Source of the DNA: Escherichia phage vB_EcoM_KAW3E185
Direction: 5' to 3' (one strand)
Sequence record: MK373782.1
DNA length: 64,000 nucleotides
Shown here: positions 22,854 through 33,661 of the stretch, in pieces
Numbering within the stretch: position 1 is the first letter of the stretch
Layout: each line of letters opens with the position of its first letter
Notes under the pieces: model-generated
Seen by the model: the letters and a program-made list of their open reading frames with translations, nothing else
Told to the model about the DNA's origin: nothing
Database searches by the model: none
Made by a program: the position numbers and the translations under genes

Positions 22854-24022
22854 CAGTATTCCAACGTCCAGGATATCCTAACTTAAGCGTTAAATTATAC
22901 CAAGATTATTCGGCTTGGCAAGAAAATAGATACGTTGAACTCGCGGCAACAATAACAACTTTAACCATGCGAGATTCGCTATATGGAAGAAATGAAGGGA
23001 TTCTTCAATTTTATGACACTAAAAACATCCACACTAAAATGGACGGTAGACAGATAGTTCAAATCTCTGTTTCAAATTCAAACACACCTCTCCAAGTTAG
23101 AACTCGAATTTATGGATGTAGACATTATTCTGTGTCTGTGGACTCAAAAGGTGACAATATTATTGCAATTGAGCTTGGAACAATACATTCTATAGAGAAC
23201 CTTAAATTTGGGCGGCCATTCTTCCCAGACGCAGGCGAATCTATACGTGAAATGTTAGGTGTCATATACAAAGACCGCGCGTTAATTACTCCGCCAATAA
23301 ACACTATTAATGCTTATGTTCCTGATATCCCTTGGACAAGCACATTTGATGATTATTTGGCATATGTCAGAGAATTAGGACTTGCTACAGCGAGTGATAA
23401 GTTCGTATTCGTATGGCAAGATATTTTAGGCGTAAACATGATTGACTACGATACTCTTATTGGTCAGGAAGGCATTAAGATGATTGTAGGCGAGCCAAAT
23501 ACTGTAGGTCAGTATATTCAAGAGCTTGAGTATCCATTAGTATGGGATTTCACCTGGATGACTAAAGCTAACCAATTTACAAGAGACCCTATTAAAAACG
23601 CCACGATATTCGCTCATTCATTTTTAGATACATCTATTCCGGTTATTGTTACAGGCGATGGTGATAATGCTATTCTTGTGTCAAGATCCGGTGGATATTC
23701 CGAAATGACCTATCGTAATGGATTTGAAGAAGCAAGTCGTCTTCAGACAATGGCTCAATATGACGGATATGCTAAATGCACTACTACAGGTAATTTTAAC
23801 ATAACGCCTGCTACTAAAATTATATTTGTTGACCAAAAGAACCAATTCAAATCCGAATTTTACGTGGATGAAGTTATTCATGAGTTATCAAATAACAACT
23901 CACAAACTCATCTGTACATGTTTACCAACTCAATGGTGTTAGAACCTGTTAACCCAGTTAAGGTTAAAAATGAACTTAAATCTGATTCTACCTCTAAAGA
24001 AAATAATTCTACCACAGTCTAA
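22850..24022 (+). CDS. 27: Baseplate hub protein gp27
   Basis: 390 aa, position. Confidence 0.85.
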   Translation: MTVFQRPGYPNLSVKLYQDYSAWQENRYVELAATITTLTMRDSLYGRNEGILQFYDTKNIHTKMDGRQIVQISVSNSNTPLQVRTRIYGCRHYSVSVDSKGDNIIAIELGTIHSIENLKFGRPFFPDAGESIREMLGVIYKDRALITPPINTINAYVPDIPWTSTFDDYLAYVRELGLATASDKFVFVWQDILGVNMIDYDTLIGQEGIKMIVGEPNTVGQYIQELEYPLVWDFTWMTKANQFTRDPIKNATIFAHSFLDTSIPVIVTGDGDNAILVSRSGGYSEMTYRNGFEEASRLQTMAQYDGYAKCTTTGNFNITPATKIIFVDQKNQFKSEFYVDEVIHELSNNNSQTHLYMFTNSMVLEPVNPVKVKNELKSDSTSKENNSTTV

Positions 24023-24503
24023 TAAAAAGGTAATGATTCCCAAATTAGGGCTCAAACATTATAATCTTTTAAAGGACGTTAAAGGTCCTGACGAAAACAT
24101 GAAAATCTTAGCTGATTCTATTTGTAAAAATATGAGTCCCGCAGATTTTGATTTTGCATGTCTACACATATTGGAATTTAATAACAAACTTAAGTCTGAA
24201 GTTGAAAAAGATGGATTCACTTATAAACTAGATGACGTCTATGTATGCCAACGAACAGAATTCCAATTTCAAGGTAATACTTTTTATTTTAGACCACCAG
24301 GCAAATTTGAACAATTCGCTACAATCAGTGAAATGCTATCAAATTGCTTAATAAAAGTTAATGACGAAGAGAAAGAAATTTCTTTCCTTGAGATGCCTGC
24401 TTTTGTAATCAAATGGGCAGAAGACCTTTCGACAACTATTGCTATTCCAGGCCCTAATGGTCCTATTAAGGGTATAGCAGAAATTATTGGATTGCTTGAA
24501 TGA
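23970..24503 (+). CDS. 28: Baseplate hub distal protein gp28 (start uncertain; alternative ATG at 24033)
   Basis: 177-aa ORF overlapping the end of gene 27. Confidence 0.7.
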   Translation: MNLNLILPLKKIILPQSNKKVMIPKLGLKHYNLLKDVKGPDENMKILADSICKNMSPADFDFACLHILEFNNKLKSEVEKDGFTYKLDDVYVCQRTEFQFQGNTFYFRPPGKFEQFATISEMLSNCLIKVNDEEKEISFLEMPAFVIKWAEDLSTTIAIPGPNGPIKGIAEIIGLLE

Positions 24504-26272
24504 AACCTGAAGAAATGAAATCCATGCGTAGAAATAAGGTCATTGCCGATAATAAACCACAAAAAGTAGCTGCAACAGCAGCTACCGATTCATTAGAAGC
24601 ATTGAATGACATTTCATCAAAACTAGACGATGTCCAAGCCGCGTCTGAACTCACATCACAAAGTGTAGAAGATAAAGGCAATGGAATCATTGAATCAATT
24701 GGAGACTTAAAGAATTCGACAGATAATACTGCTGAAGGCACAGAGCTTATCGCAGAAGTTATTGAAAAACAAACTGAAGTCACTAAAAGTATAAACGAAG
24801 TTTCTAGTGCAATAAGCTCTAAGTTAGACCGATTAGCTACATTATTAGAGCAAAAATTACAAACATCTACCGCTATTCAAAATACAGGAGGCACCTCTCT
24901 TGAAGTAATTGAGAACGCAATACCTGTTAAAGTGGTTGAGAATGAAACTTCTGATGAGTTGTTTAAAGCATTACCTACACCTGAAAAGATTGATAATAAG
25001 CCAGACGAAGATTTCTTCCCGGCCCCGGTTCAAGAAAGTGCTAATTCTACTTCCGATTCTAAAGGCGGAATTAGCTTTAAATTGAGCGATAAAATTGCAA
25101 TGCTCACCAAAACAGTTCAAACCGGGTTTAATAAATCAATATCAATTTCAGACAGAATTGCTGGAATGCTTTTCAAATACACTATAACAGCTGCTATTGA
25201 AGCAGCAAAAATGGCCGCACTTATTCTTGGTATTGTTATCGGTATTGATTTATTGATAGTCCATTTCAAATATTGGACAGACAAGTTCACTTCTGCCTGG
25301 GATTTATTTGATGAAAACTTTACTAAATTCTCCGATGAAGCTAAAGAGTGGGGTAAATTCTTAAGTGATATATTCACTTCTATTGACTCTATAAAACAAT
25401 TGTGGGAAGCTGGAGACTGGGGTGGTTTAACCGTTGCTATTGTCAAAGGTGTAGGAACAGCATTAATGAACTTAGGTGAACTAATTCAATTAGGAATGGC
25501 TAAACTCTCTGCGTCTATATTGCGTGCTATAGGTTTTGGCGATACCGCGGACGAAATAGAAGGACGTGCTTTAGAAGGATTCCAAGAAACTACTGGGAAC
25601 AAATTAAAGAAAGAAGACCAAGAGAAAGTCGCTAAATATCAAATGAAGCGTGACGATGGGGAATTAGGAACCGTTTCTAAAGGTCTTGATATGTTACAAC
25701 GCGGCAAAACATTCGTTACTAACTGGGTTCGTGGTAATGACAATAAAGAAGAGTTTAGTACAAGCGATGAGCGTGCTGCGGAATCAGCAAAATTAAAAGA
25801 GTTACCTGAAGAGGAACGTAAAGAGGCATACATAAAAGCGAATGAAACTCGTGCGGCACTGGTTAGATTTGAGGATTATATCGATAAAATCGATATGACT
25901 AATCCGGAAAATGCTAAAAACGTCGAGAAGTCTTATGCTGATTTAAGTAAACTTATTAAAGACCCTGAACTTAATAAAACTCCTGTTGTTAAAAAGGAAA
26001 TAGATGCTAGATTTGAAAAGCTAAATAATAAAATGGCTGAAGCCAAAAAGGCTCAGACAACAGTTAAGCCTGAATCTTCGACTAAATCTCCGGAAGCAAA
26101 ACAAGTTCAGTCAATAGAGAAAGGACGTGCTTCTGAATCTAAACAACAGCAACCGGTAGCGGCGATTAGTAACACAAATAATGTCGTCAAAAAGAATACC
26201 GTAGTCCAGAATATGAACCCTGTAACAAGTACAACGGCTCCTGGAATTTTCCATGCCACCGGTGTTAATTAA
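24500..26272 (+). CDS. 29: Tail tape-measure / baseplate hub protein gp29
   Basis: 590 aa, T4 gp29 length, helical/low-complexity. Confidence 0.85.
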   Translation: MKPEEMKSMRRNKVIADNKPQKVAATAATDSLEALNDISSKLDDVQAASELTSQSVEDKGNGIIESIGDLKNSTDNTAEGTELIAEVIEKQTEVTKSINEVSSAISSKLDRLATLLEQKLQTSTAIQNTGGTSLEVIENAIPVKVVENETSDELFKALPTPEKIDNKPDEDFFPAPVQESANSTSDSKGGISFKLSDKIAMLTKTVQTGFNKSISISDRIAGMLFKYTITAAIEAAKMAALILGIVIGIDLLIVHFKYWTDKFTSAWDLFDENFTKFSDEAKEWGKFLSDIFTSIDSIKQLWEAGDWGGLTVAIVKGVGTALMNLGELIQLGMAKLSASILRAIGFGDTADEIEGRALEGFQETTGNKLKKEDQEKVAKYQMKRDDGELGTVSKGLDMLQRGKTFVTNWVRGNDNKEEFSTSDERAAESAKLKELPEEERKEAYIKANETRAALVRFEDYIDKIDMTNPENAKNVEKSYADLSKLIKDPELNKTPVVKKEIDARFEKLNNKMAEAKKAQTTVKPESSTKSPEAKQVQSIEKGRASESKQQQPVAAISNTNNVVKKNTVVQNMNPVTSTTAPGIFHATGVN

Positions 26273-26280
26273 GGATTATT

Positions 26281-27390
26281 ATGATTAGTGTAAAAGAAAT
26301 AGTAGTAGATGCAAAGGATTTAAATAAAGCAATCCCAGTATCAGAAAGTGCTGGGCAAAGCACTAAAACCGAAACAACTACTAAAACTTATGTTGCTCAA
26401 TTTCCTACAGGAAGAGCAGCCGGAAATGACTCCACAGGAGACTTCCAGGTAACAGACCTTTATAAGAATGGATTATTATTTACCGCGTACAATATGTCTG
26501 CACGCGATTCAGGATCCCTCAGGAATTTACGTCCGGCGTATGCCGGGACTTCATCTAATGGTATCATATCAGATTTAACTGATAATGTGAAAGATGCAGT
26601 GACTAAATTCTCTAATGGGTTGCTTCCTGCCGGAGCTAATAAATCTACTATAAATAAAACTCCTGTTGCTAATATACTTTTGCCACGTTCCAAATCTGAC
26701 GTTGATACAACTTCACATCGTTTTAATGATATCGGTGATAGCCTTATTACTAAAGGTGGAGGTACTGCTACAGGTGTTTTAAGTAACATTGCTTCTACTG
26801 CAGTCTTTGGTGCATTAGATTCTATTACTCAAGGGCTTATGGCTGATAATAACGAACAGATTTATACGACTTCTCGTAGTATGTATGGCGGTGCTGAGAA
26901 CCGTACTAAAGTCTTTACATGGGATTTAACTCCACGTTCAACTGAAGACCTTATGGCTATTATAAACATTTACCAGTATTTTAACTATTTCTCATATGGT
27001 GAGACCGGTAAATCACAGTACGCCCAAGAGATTAAAAGTTATTTAGACGAATGGTATCGTTCAACGTTTATTGAGCCTATGACGCCAGATGATGCAGTAA
27101 AAAATAAGACATTGTTTGAAAAGATTACTGCGTCATTAACAAACGTATTAGTTGTAAGCAACCCTACAATTTGGATGGTTAAAAACTTTGGTTATACGTC
27201 TAAATTTGATGGATTAACTGACGTATTTGGTCCATGCCAAATTCAAAGCGTACGTTTTGATAAAACTCCAAATGGACAATTTAATGGTCTTGCTGTTGCT
27301 CCTAACTTACCATCAACATTTACGTTAGAGATAACAATGCGAGAAATTATTACATTAAACCGTTCTTCACTTTATGCGGGGACTTTCTAA
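26281..27390 (+). CDS. 48: Baseplate tail-tube junction protein gp48
   Basis: 369 aa, position 29-48-54. Confidence 0.85.
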   Translation: MISVKEIVVDAKDLNKAIPVSESAGQSTKTETTTKTYVAQFPTGRAAGNDSTGDFQVTDLYKNGLLFTAYNMSARDSGSLRNLRPAYAGTSSNGIISDLTDNVKDAVTKFSNGLLPAGANKSTINKTPVANILLPRSKSDVDTTSHRFNDIGDSLITKGGGTATGVLSNIASTAVFGALDSITQGLMADNNEQIYTTSRSMYGGAENRTKVFTWDLTPRSTEDLMAIINIYQYFNYFSYGETGKSQYAQEIKSYLDEWYRSTFIEPMTPDDAVKNKTLFEKITASLTNVLVVSNPTIWMVKNFGYTSKFDGLTDVFGPCQIQSVRFDKTPNGQFNGLAVAPNLPSTFTLEITMREIITLNRSSLYAGTF

Positions 27391-28352
27391 TGTACTCTTT
27401 AGAAGAATTTAATAACCAAGCTATAAATGCAGATTTCCAACGAAACAATATGTTTAGTTGTGTATTTGCTACTACACCATCAACCAAATCGTCTTCACTA
27501 ATTTCGTCAATTGGTAGTTTTGCTTATAATAACTTAGGGTTGGATTCAGATTGGCTAGGATTGTCTCAAGGTGATATCAATCAGGGCGTAACAACCCTGA
27601 TTACAGCAGGAACACAGAAATTAATTCGAAAATCGGGTGCAAGTAAATATCTGATTGGAGCAATGAGTCAACGTACGGTACAAAGCTTGTTAGGTGAGTT
27701 CACAGTAGGAACTTATCTGATAGACTTCTTCAATATGGCATATAATAATACAGGTTTAATGATTTATTCTGTAAAAATGCCTGAGAACCGATTATCTTAT
27801 GAAACGGACTTCAACTATAACTCCCCGAACATCCGAATTACCGGCCGTGAAATGGACCCGTTAGTAATAAGCTTTAGAATGGATTCTGAAGCATCTAACT
27901 TTAGAGCAATGCAAGACTGGGTAAACTCGGTCCAAGACCCTGTAACAGGTCTTCGCGCTTTACCACAAGACGTCGAAGCAGATATTCAGGTTAATTTACA
28001 CGCACGAAATGGTTTACCACATACCGCTGTCATGTTCACAGGATGTATTCCTGTTAGTGTCTCTTCTCCTGAGTTAACGTATGATGGTGATAATCAGATA
28101 ACAGTTTTTGATGTAACATTTGCTTATCGCGTTATGCAATCAGGTGCTGTAAATAGACAGGCTGCTTTAGAATGGCTGGAATCAGGACTTATTAGTAGTG
28201 TTTCAGGAATGTTTGGAAATAATCAGAATGATTCTGGACTAGGAAGTGCAGTATCAAGACTTTCTAGATTAGGTGGGACTGCTGGTGGTGTGTCTAATAT
28301 AAACACATTGACAGGTGTTGTGAATTCTGCGTCAAGAGTTTTAGGACTATAA
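27390..28352 (+). CDS. 54: Baseplate tail-tube initiator gp54
   Basis: 320 aa, T4 gp54 length. Confidence 0.85.
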   Translation: MYSLEEFNNQAINADFQRNNMFSCVFATTPSTKSSSLISSIGSFAYNNLGLDSDWLGLSQGDINQGVTTLITAGTQKLIRKSGASKYLIGAMSQRTVQSLLGEFTVGTYLIDFFNMAYNNTGLMIYSVKMPENRLSYETDFNYNSPNIRITGREMDPLVISFRMDSEASNFRAMQDWVNSVQDPVTGLRALPQDVEADIQVNLHARNGLPHTAVMFTGCIPVSVSSPELTYDGDNQITVFDVTFAYRVMQSGAVNRQAALEWLESGLISSVSGMFGNNQNDSGLGSAVSRLSRLGGTAGGVSNINTLTGVVNSASRVLGL

Positions 28353-28358
28353 GAAAAA

Positions 28359-28375
28359 GGGAGACGTTGTCTCCC
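28359..28375. terminator. Bidirectional hairpin gggagac-gtt-gtctccc between gene 54 and convergent ORF
   Basis: 7-bp stem, A-run/T-run flanks. Confidence 0.55.
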
Positions 28376-28384
28376 TTTAGTGGT

Positions 28385-28678
28385 TTATTTACGGAATGAA
28401 AGGAATGCTGGTGCTCGGAATGGAGTATCATCTTTAGAGTATTTAACTAATACGACCATTGGTACCTCTGTTTCTAAATGACCTGTCAGCACACCGATAA
28501 AAATTTGATCAGTGTGCTCAGGGTCACGAAAGTTTTTAAGAGGTTCCATAGCAATATGGAATGCACCTGGGAATACTCGATTCAATTCGTCAATCACAGC
28601 TTCGTTAAAAACATCATCCGCTGGGATAGCATCTTCAACTACTAGCTCTTGACCATTAAAGCGAAGCATAGATTTCAT
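28385..28678 (-). CDS. Hypothetical protein (97 aa; start moved to MKSML because an early promoter lies inside the longer ORF)
   Basis: SD gagg 8 nt upstream of the chosen ATG; promoter GTTTAC-N18-TACTAT at 28708-28737. Confidence 0.5.
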   Translation of the reverse strand: MKSMLRFNGQELVVEDAIPADDVFNEAVIDELNRVFPGAFHIAMEPLKNFRDPEHTDQIFIGVLTGHLETEVPMVVLVKYSKDDTPFRAPAFLSFRK

Positions 28679-28707
28679 AACGTTTTCCTCATGTTGTTGA
28701 TGGGATG

Positions 28708-28737
28708 ATAGTATCACACATCCGTGTGTTTGTAAAC
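28708..28737 (-). promoter_or_regulatory. Early-type promoter (GTTTAC-N18-TACTAT)
   Basis: -35 box abuts alt stop codon. Confidence 0.45.
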
Positions 28738-30824
28738 TATCCTTGGACAAATTTAAATGGAACTGATTCTAAATCCATTAAAGATGCTAACAATTTCAAA
28801 CCTTTAGGTGCACTAGTTTTTTCTACAAATGAGGCAAAAGATACCGGCTCATCTGATTCGATTTCACCCGTCATAGCAACTACCTCGCCTGTTTCCATGA
28901 GAACATCACCATCGTAAATGACAGCTTCGTCCAACTGGTCCGAGGACATGACTTCAGCTTGAATAAATTTAAGGTTGGATTCTAAACCTGCACCAGTGTC
29001 AGATGACGCATCTGTAATTTTATTTATCTGCAAGAGAATGCCTCTAGGCAAAATAATTTCTTGCTCATTAGGGTGATTACTCAACTGTCCGGGATAAATC
29101 ACGTTAACTTTATGAGCGCCATCAATAGCCCATCCAACATTAACACGAATTTGTTCTGGCGCATGCATAGCGGTACGTGCCAGGCTAGGAGAAATAGTAA
29201 CACCTTCGTCATTATTGTCAATGTTAAGCTCTTTGCGAACTTCTTCAGGAGCAAGTCCAAGGGCAACGTTCTCTTTAAACCCACCAAAAATAATAGGAGC
29301 TAATGAAGTAGAAACATAGTTTCTGAAGTAGAATACCTTATTTTTAACCATTGCTTCGTAAATAGGCATTCTGATAGACTGGGCTCTATACAACGTTAGT
29401 CCTTCAGGTAAACGGTCTCCATTTAAAAACGCCGAATCAAGACCATCAATAGCGCGTTTAACTTCATCTTCATCTGCAACATCATAAAAATCCGGTTTAT
29501 AACGGCCTAACAACATATTATTGATATCGGTATACGCAGAAGAGGCATATTCGCGAATAGCTCGTTTTTCAGCAACAGAGTATTGTTTAGGGTCCCGATT
29601 CATTGTTATATTAAAGGTGCCTCTAGCCGATTCTCGTGCATAAGTATACATCACATTAGACAAGAACGCTGATTTACGTTGTTTCCAAGTTTTTTCAGAT
29701 ACTTCAGCTAAAACATCGTCGGCCAGTTGGAAATTATCACGTCTAAAATCTTCAAACCATTCGTCTTTAATAGAGTCCGCAATTTCGTTTGCAGCTTCAA
29801 CAAAAGCAGCTAATGCTTTAACAGATGTTGTTTTTTCAGTTTTAATTTTCTTAGCAAACTTTTCTAAAGTTGGCTTAATAACACTACCATAAGAAACTTC
29901 ATCAGCAAATCTAAAGGATTCATCAATACGATTATAAATCTTATTTTCGATATCAGCAACTAAAGTGCCTTTTGCTGTGGATGATGCTTGGGCTAGTACG
30001 ATTTCATATGCTTCAGGAAGTAATTCGGCTGTAGCCGGGCCACTAACTTCTTTAGCAGAATTTTCGTATTTCTGGAATAACTCACCTTCTTGGCGGTCAG
30101 CTTCTAAAGATTGGCTTGCGGCAATAGCACGACGAGAAATTTTAGTACGAGCAATAACAGGCTTATCTTTACGTTTTTCTTCTACAGCAGCAATAGAACC
30201 AGCGATAGCCGTTTCTTTGGTGACTTTTTCGCCGGTCTTTTTACTCACATAAACTTCGCCAACATCAGAATCTACTTTCGTGTACAACTCTGTGTTAATG
30301 TTAGGGATGCCTTTAATATCTTCAATGTTGGCATTTTTACGAACCATCATCACATAGGTGTGTTTACCTGTGAATTGATACATTGCCGACAATACTTTAA
30401 AACGACCACCGGTTTTAGTAGAAACTAAACGAGCAAGAAGAGTTTGAAGCTGTTGTCCACGTCCTTTCAATTTCTTGGTAGGGAATCGGAACAGAACTGC
30501 ATCCATACGAAGAGCTTTAACTTGTTCATATACTGTATTGAAAATGGTGTTGATTGCATCAATAGGAGCAGGACCAAGGCCATTTTTCAATTCAGCGAGA
30601 TTACCCTTTTCAGACAGACTCATAATAACAACATGAGCGTATTTGTCGCCAAGTTTAACTTGTTTTACAGCGTCGCCTTCGGAAAGGTAAGAGAATAAAC
30701 GAACTACAATATTTGTATCGATATCACCAATTTTCCAGACTTGTGGAACTTTAGCTTTAGGGTTCAAATTGACGACAGGAAGACTGCCTTCAGATTCAAA
30801 CACTTCATTTAATTGTTCAGACAT
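28737..30824 (-). CDS. alt: Alt-like ADP-ribosyltransferase (virion-packaged)
   Basis: 695 aa (T4 Alt 682 aa), position between 54 and 30. Confidence 0.8.
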   Translation of the reverse strand: MSEQLNEVFESEGSLPVVNLNPKAKVPQVWKIGDIDTNIVVRLFSYLSEGDAVKQVKLGDKYAHVVIMSLSEKGNLAELKNGLGPAPIDAINTIFNTVYEQVKALRMDAVLFRFPTKKLKGRGQQLQTLLARLVSTKTGGRFKVLSAMYQFTGKHTYVMMVRKNANIEDIKGIPNINTELYTKVDSDVGEVYVSKKTGEKVTKETAIAGSIAAVEEKRKDKPVIARTKISRRAIAASQSLEADRQEGELFQKYENSAKEVSGPATAELLPEAYEIVLAQASSTAKGTLVADIENKIYNRIDESFRFADEVSYGSVIKPTLEKFAKKIKTEKTTSVKALAAFVEAANEIADSIKDEWFEDFRRDNFQLADDVLAEVSEKTWKQRKSAFLSNVMYTYARESARGTFNITMNRDPKQYSVAEKRAIREYASSAYTDINNMLLGRYKPDFYDVADEDEVKRAIDGLDSAFLNGDRLPEGLTLYRAQSIRMPIYEAMVKNKVFYFRNYVSTSLAPIIFGGFKENVALGLAPEEVRKELNIDNNDEGVTISPSLARTAMHAPEQIRVNVGWAIDGAHKVNVIYPGQLSNHPNEQEIILPRGILLQINKITDASSDTGAGLESNLKFIQAEVMSSDQLDEAVIYDGDVLMETGEVVAMTGEIESDEPVSFASFVEKTSAPKGLKLLASLMDLESVPFKFVQG

Positions 30825-30844
30825 AGTGTTTTCCTTTTAGTAAT

Positions 30845-30852
30845 AATTTATA
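30845..30852 (-). promoter_or_regulatory. Late-promoter-like TATAAATT upstream of alt
   Basis: 7/8 match to TATAAATA ~21 nt upstream of alt ATG. Confidence 0.35.
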
Positions 30853-30864
30853 TTTATGCCAAAA

Positions 30865-30880
30865 AGAGCCCGAAGGCTCT
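30865..30880 (-). terminator. UUCG-loop hairpin upstream of alt promoter region
   Basis: agagcc-cgaa-ggctct followed by T-run on minus strand. Confidence 0.5.
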
Positions 30881-31089
30881 TAATCCACAATCGGAAGCAA
30901 AGTACGATAAACTTCAAAATTAGAGCCTTTTTCGTACTTATCGAAATTGTCCATAAAAATATGATAGGAATCGTTATTAGGAAAATCTAATATAATCTGA
31001 GAGCAAGAGGTGGAAACATCTCCACCATCCTTCTTAGCTACAATAACTGTTTCTAAATAAGCTTTCATTATAAACCTGTCTGGGACCAC
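30880..31089 (-). CDS. Hypothetical protein (69 aa)
   Basis: ORF only. Confidence 0.45.
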   Translation of the reverse strand: MVPDRFIMKAYLETVIVAKKDGGDVSTSCSQIILDFPNNDSYHIFMDNFDKYEKGSNFEVYRTLLPIVD

Positions 31090-32561
31090 GGTCCAAATAC
31101 GTCTTCAAACGAATCCGCTTCTGTTTTATCAAAACGGAACCCTTTAATAATTGGGAGGAAAATACCTACAGTGCCTTCACGTCCTTTAGAATGAACCCAA
31201 CCATTGCATTCACAATCAGCAATACGTCCAATCAATTTACCTTCACGAGCTTCGGTCATTAATCGTTCACGGTCCAAATCATGTCGCTCATCTAAAGGAA
31301 TAAGAACCTTTACACCATCAACTGTTTTATGAGTTGTATCTTTAAACCCTGAACCACAATCGGTTGTAATACGACGACAACGTGATACGAGTTCGACACC
31401 ACCTAATTTGTTAGGGTCTTTAGAGTGTTCATAGTATCCTACAACTTCTAAAGCGATATCAATAACTTCTTTAAACTTAATTAGGTTCTTAGAGCGTTTG
31501 TTTTCCCAATATGAATCACGGTTTTTAAGGATAATACCTTCAAGACCTTGGTCAACATATTTTTTATAAACCACTTTAGCTTCGTCAAGATTACGAACTA
31601 ACTGATTTTCAATTGGCTCAATTCGTTTAAAGCCTTCAGCCATATTTTCAAGAGCAGCAAAACGAACATCGTATTTCTGACCTTTAATTTTGCCATCAGA
31701 ATAGACTTCATCTAAAGGAACATAGTCCCAGGCTTGAAGAACCATACCTTCAGCTTCTTTAGGAGAAATAGTCCCTTGAAGAGATTTATTTGCTAAACCG
31801 TTTGAAGTGCTACGGTCCGCAACTTGTACTTCTTCGGATTCTTCATTATCACCAAATAAGAACGACAGGTCATTTCCTGAGCTCACAGCCTTTTTAATAT
31901 CAAATGAATGGTAAACTAATTCACCGTCGATTAAAACCCCATTAGGGTGTCTTTCACGAGCTTCTTTAGTCATTTCCATTAGTTCATCCGCTAATAGAGT
32001 AAGACCATGATATTCGTTGCCGGCACGAGAAAAGAATTGAACACCATCATCGCGAACTTCAGCGAAACAACGAGCACCATCTGCTTTTAATTGGGCAAAT
32101 GCGGGCCATTTAATATTTTTAGTAATCAATTTCTCGTCATATGCAGATGCTAACATCTGTGGTTGCAATTGAATAAGTCCAGGCCACACCTTATTCGCGA
32201 TAGACACTGAAGCACCTACTTCAAGGTCGCGCATCATTACACGACGAAGGACTTCTACATCATCAGGTTTACCATCAGCGATATAACCCATGAGCTCTTT
32301 AATTGCAGCATTACCAGTGAGTTTACGAGTGGCTAATGTGAACTCAATAAAATCCAACATGTCATCTAATTCAAGAAGACCATACGCTTGAGACCTTTCA
32401 CCTGGTCCTGGCCATTTCTTAATATAATACTGGATACCACGTGCATATGTTAAACGATACACACGTTCAAGTAATTTGTTGTCCTTATTTTTCTTAAGGA
32501 TTTCCTGTTTTGTTTTAGTAGAACCGATCGCAGCTATTTGGTTTAAAATATCTAAAATCAT
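31068..32561 (-). CDS. 30: ATP-dependent DNA ligase gp30
   Basis: 497 aa; adenylation motif KADGARC present. Confidence 0.9.
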   Translation of the reverse strand: MILDILNQIAAIGSTKTKQEILKKNKDNKLLERVYRLTYARGIQYYIKKWPGPGERSQAYGLLELDDMLDFIEFTLATRKLTGNAAIKELMGYIADGKPDDVEVLRRVMMRDLEVGASVSIANKVWPGLIQLQPQMLASAYDEKLITKNIKWPAFAQLKADGARCFAEVRDDGVQFFSRAGNEYHGLTLLADELMEMTKEARERHPNGVLIDGELVYHSFDIKKAVSSGNDLSFLFGDNEESEEVQVADRSTSNGLANKSLQGTISPKEAEGMVLQAWDYVPLDEVYSDGKIKGQKYDVRFAALENMAEGFKRIEPIENQLVRNLDEAKVVYKKYVDQGLEGIILKNRDSYWENKRSKNLIKFKEVIDIALEVVGYYEHSKDPNKLGGVELVSRCRRITTDCGSGFKDTTHKTVDGVKVLIPLDERHDLDRERLMTEAREGKLIGRIADCECNGWVHSKGREGTVGIFLPIIKGFRFDKTEADSFEDVFGPWSQTGL

Positions 32562-32827
32562 TTGATGTCCTCGATTTTGGTTACGGTTCTATTATAAGCC
32601 ACTTCATCTAGAAGCGATTTCAGCGTTTTCTGATAAGTTGTAATCCATTTACCGAGTCCTTCAACATAGTATTCTGAAATGTAGATGAACCCTTGTTCAA
32701 CACACTCTTTAAATATTTCTGCGTCTTTTACTGAACGAAACAATGGCCAGTCTCGAAAGAACATGTTAACGTGACCGTAGTCACGTGTGGTATTTTTGCC
32801 ATCTGTAATATCATGAACTACAAACAT
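32558..32827 (-). CDS. Hypothetical protein (89 aa)
   Basis: ORF with stop/start overlap to ligase gene. Confidence 0.5.
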   Translation of the reverse strand: MFVVHDITDGKNTTRDYGHVNMFFRDWPLFRSVKDAEIFKECVEQGFIYISEYYVEGLGKWITTYQKTLKSLLDEVAYNRTVTKIEDIK

Positions 32828-32836
32828 AATTAACCC

Positions 32837-33661
32837 TTAACAATTTATAGACCAAGTCCATTTAGACGAATCTAAAGGAAAGTTTTGAATCGTCCACCAC
32901 GGCTGCATATCAGTTGGTCCTGGGGTTCGCCAGGTATATGGAGTACGTGTTGTCGAGGGGCCACCAATTTGATTAGGCCATGCACCTGGACTTGTTGCAC
33001 CAGATTCTTTAAGCAAATCCGCCAATCGTTTTAAAAGGTCTTCACGATCTGAATCTGAATTATTCTTAGGCAGAACCAAACGAGATTCAATATCATCCCA
33101 CGTGTGTACACGTTGTGCAGTACGAGGAATGGCATCACGTTCACCACGAGCCAACCAATAAATCGGTACATTAAGAATTTCTGCCGCATGGTCACAATGA
33201 TGAGCTAAATCGTCAACGTAACAAATTACGTTATATTTTGTTTTAGCTAGTTCGAATAATTGTTCCTTTGAAGAATCATGACCACACATCATTACTTCAG
33301 AGAAAGCGCCTGGGAACAAAGCATTCAAATTAAATTGTCTATTCAATCGAGCATCAATTGAATCACCTAGCGCCGTCACGGCTACAAAATTATAGTCTTC
33401 TTTTAGTTTATTGATAACTCGAAGAGCATCAGAATAAGGCGCTAAGTAACGAATAAAATCAGAGCTATTATATTTTTCTATTAATTGTTTACCAAGGTTA
33501 TCGTCGGTATTGAACAGTTTACCAGGAGAAATAAATTTTTCGTCCTGAATCATTTTTAAAATATGTTCTAATGGAAGGTTATATTTTTGGGCAAAATAAG
33601 GAAGTCCAGATTGCCAGCTTAAACATACACCATCAATATCAGTCAAAATAGTAGGCTTCAT
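32837..33661 (-). CDS. Hypothetical protein, possible HAD-like phosphatase (N-terminal DIDGV motif)
   Basis: 274 aa; motif LTDIDGV resembles HAD motif I; function tentative. Confidence 0.5.
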   Translation of the reverse strand: MKPTILTDIDGVCLSWQSGLPYFAQKYNLPLEHILKMIQDEKFISPGKLFNTDDNLGKQLIEKYNSSDFIRYLAPYSDALRVINKLKEDYNFVAVTALGDSIDARLNRQFNLNALFPGAFSEVMMCGHDSSKEQLFELAKTKYNVICYVDDLAHHCDHAAEILNVPIYWLARGERDAIPRTAQRVHTWDDIESRLVLPKNNSDSDREDLLKRLADLLKESGATSPGAWPNQIGGPSTTRTPYTWRTPGPTDMQPWWTIQNFPLDSSKWTWSINC